A model generated the notes under the pieces. That model searched no databases. It saw only the letters and a program-made list of their open reading frames with translations, and was not told where the DNA came from. A stretch of DNA of 64,000 bases, taken from positions 3,162,001-3,226,000 of the forward strand of contig OZ296650.1 of NCBI GenBank assembly GCA_965655095.1. The letters are read 5' to 3'. Origin of the DNA: Haplodiscus bocki (taxonomy: Eukaryota). This document shows, piece after piece, positions 62,781 through 64,000 of the stretch (its first letter is position 1; each line of letters starts with the position of its first letter). The position numbers and the translations under genes are program-made.

Positions 62781-64000
62781 GAAATAGTACTTTAGATAAT
62801 GTTGCTCACAAACTTGTGGATTGGTTTCGGATAATTGTTTTACTTGCACACAAACTACCTTGCCTTGACACCCATACGCATCGACTGCATAGTGATGCAA
62901 TGGTGAGCTTCGCTTTATGTTATGCTGCAACCGCAGCGGCTGCAGATTCATGTACCAAGTAGAACGTGCAGCAACATCAACCTTTTCGCTGGAAAAGATA
63001 ATGCTACGACTGCATAGTGTTGCATTATCTATTTTGCAGTTTAGATGATTTGTTGCTAGTTACTTGTCTGATTGTACGTACAGCCTGCTGCAGGACGTTA
63101 AAATGATGAATTTATCGCCCTACGGTTAACCTTCACATGATGTGTTTCTGCTTTCCTTTGTGTTTTTGTTACTGCTTCTCAAAGAATTCCTCTCGAAAAG
63201 TGATGGATGTTTTTAGAAATCTTCGTCACTTATAGTTAGTACGTTAATTGTCGTAGTAAGGATCATAAACTGATGCTTCATACTTTTGGATAACATCGAA
63301 ATGGATATGTTTTTCTGTGTATCTATAGTTTCGGTTTTCCGGTTTCCCATATGATAAGTTTCTGAATATATTATTGAAGTTATTCGTTTTTCTTTAGCAT
63401 GAAATTCTGGTCATTGCGCTTTAGATGGATTTATTAGACAGAGCCCGCAAATTAATTCAATTACGTTCCCGAAGATTGAGGAGACCATGTTGCTCACTAA
63501 AACAATTGAAAAAGCTTCTGAAATGTTCATCATTGTGAATGGAAAACCTTTTCATAAGTTTTCTTGAACATGAATTTCAATAACCATTAAGTATCTTCGA
63601 TTTAATGACAGATAACTAATCTTTTGCGTACTTAGGCTATGTTTTTCAAGGTTTGGACCAATGGAAACTAAGACTTTAAGAACATTCAGTATCTCCAGTT
63701 CAAAAACATTGACAATCTGCAACCTCAACTACAAAACCAAATCAAGTTTTTTGTTTATTTATGAGTGTGCGGAAATTTGTATAACCTATTCATTGGTACA
63801 GAGACATCCGCCCACACACTGGCCATTTACACTGTTACTTTCAATTGGCCATTCGAAACCAAAATCAAAGTTTTGAACTGTTGAAGAGACGAAAGTGTTT
63901 TACAGTTGTACATGAAACCTCTGGTTTTTAGGGCATATCGATTGATTAGTTTTTCTGTAAGTTTTAAGTGCTTGTAAAGTTTGGCTATTGAAAGTGCGAC

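Larger units (their letters stand above)
51171..63070 (+). mobile_element. Helitron-like element, family B copy 2 (interrupted or truncated at ~63070)
   Basis: Starts AAGGCGTGAGG and is collinear with B1 until CTTGTCTG (63070, equal to B1 28295), after which similarity is lost. Confidence 0.88.

Noticed and set aside
1-63070. Assembly duplication of a single 34-kb unit
   Set aside because: A1/A2 and B1/B2 differ by many substitutions, indels, private lesions and the C element. An old real duplication of an A-B dimer remains possible.

Overview
Eukaryotic (spliceosomal introns present), AT-rich DNA made almost entirely of a head-to-tail, same-orientation array of large rolling-circle (Helitron-superfamily) elements from two diverged families plus a non-autonomous derivative. 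The order is A1 (<1-16384), B1 (16385-33421), A2 (33422-50121), mini-element C (50122-51170) and B2 (51171-~63070), with no host DNA visible at the junctions. Each ~17-kb element encodes an intronless ~2,690-aa polyprotein (Zn knuckle, OTU protease, Cys-rich region, divergent HUH Rep, divergent Pif1-like SF1 helicase, C-terminal SLX1-like GIY-YIG nuclease). The complete elements also carry a two-exon SGNH hydrolase and a ~335-aa putative OB-fold/Zn protein. Only B1 is intact for all three genes. All four junctions share a GC-rich 3' terminal module ending ACYAG and followed by RDGGCG, which suggests these elements insert at each other's ends. An invariant 13-bp inverted repeat precedes every polyprotein gene, and a variant of it survives in the mini-element. 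All comparisons were made by eye; no database searches were run.
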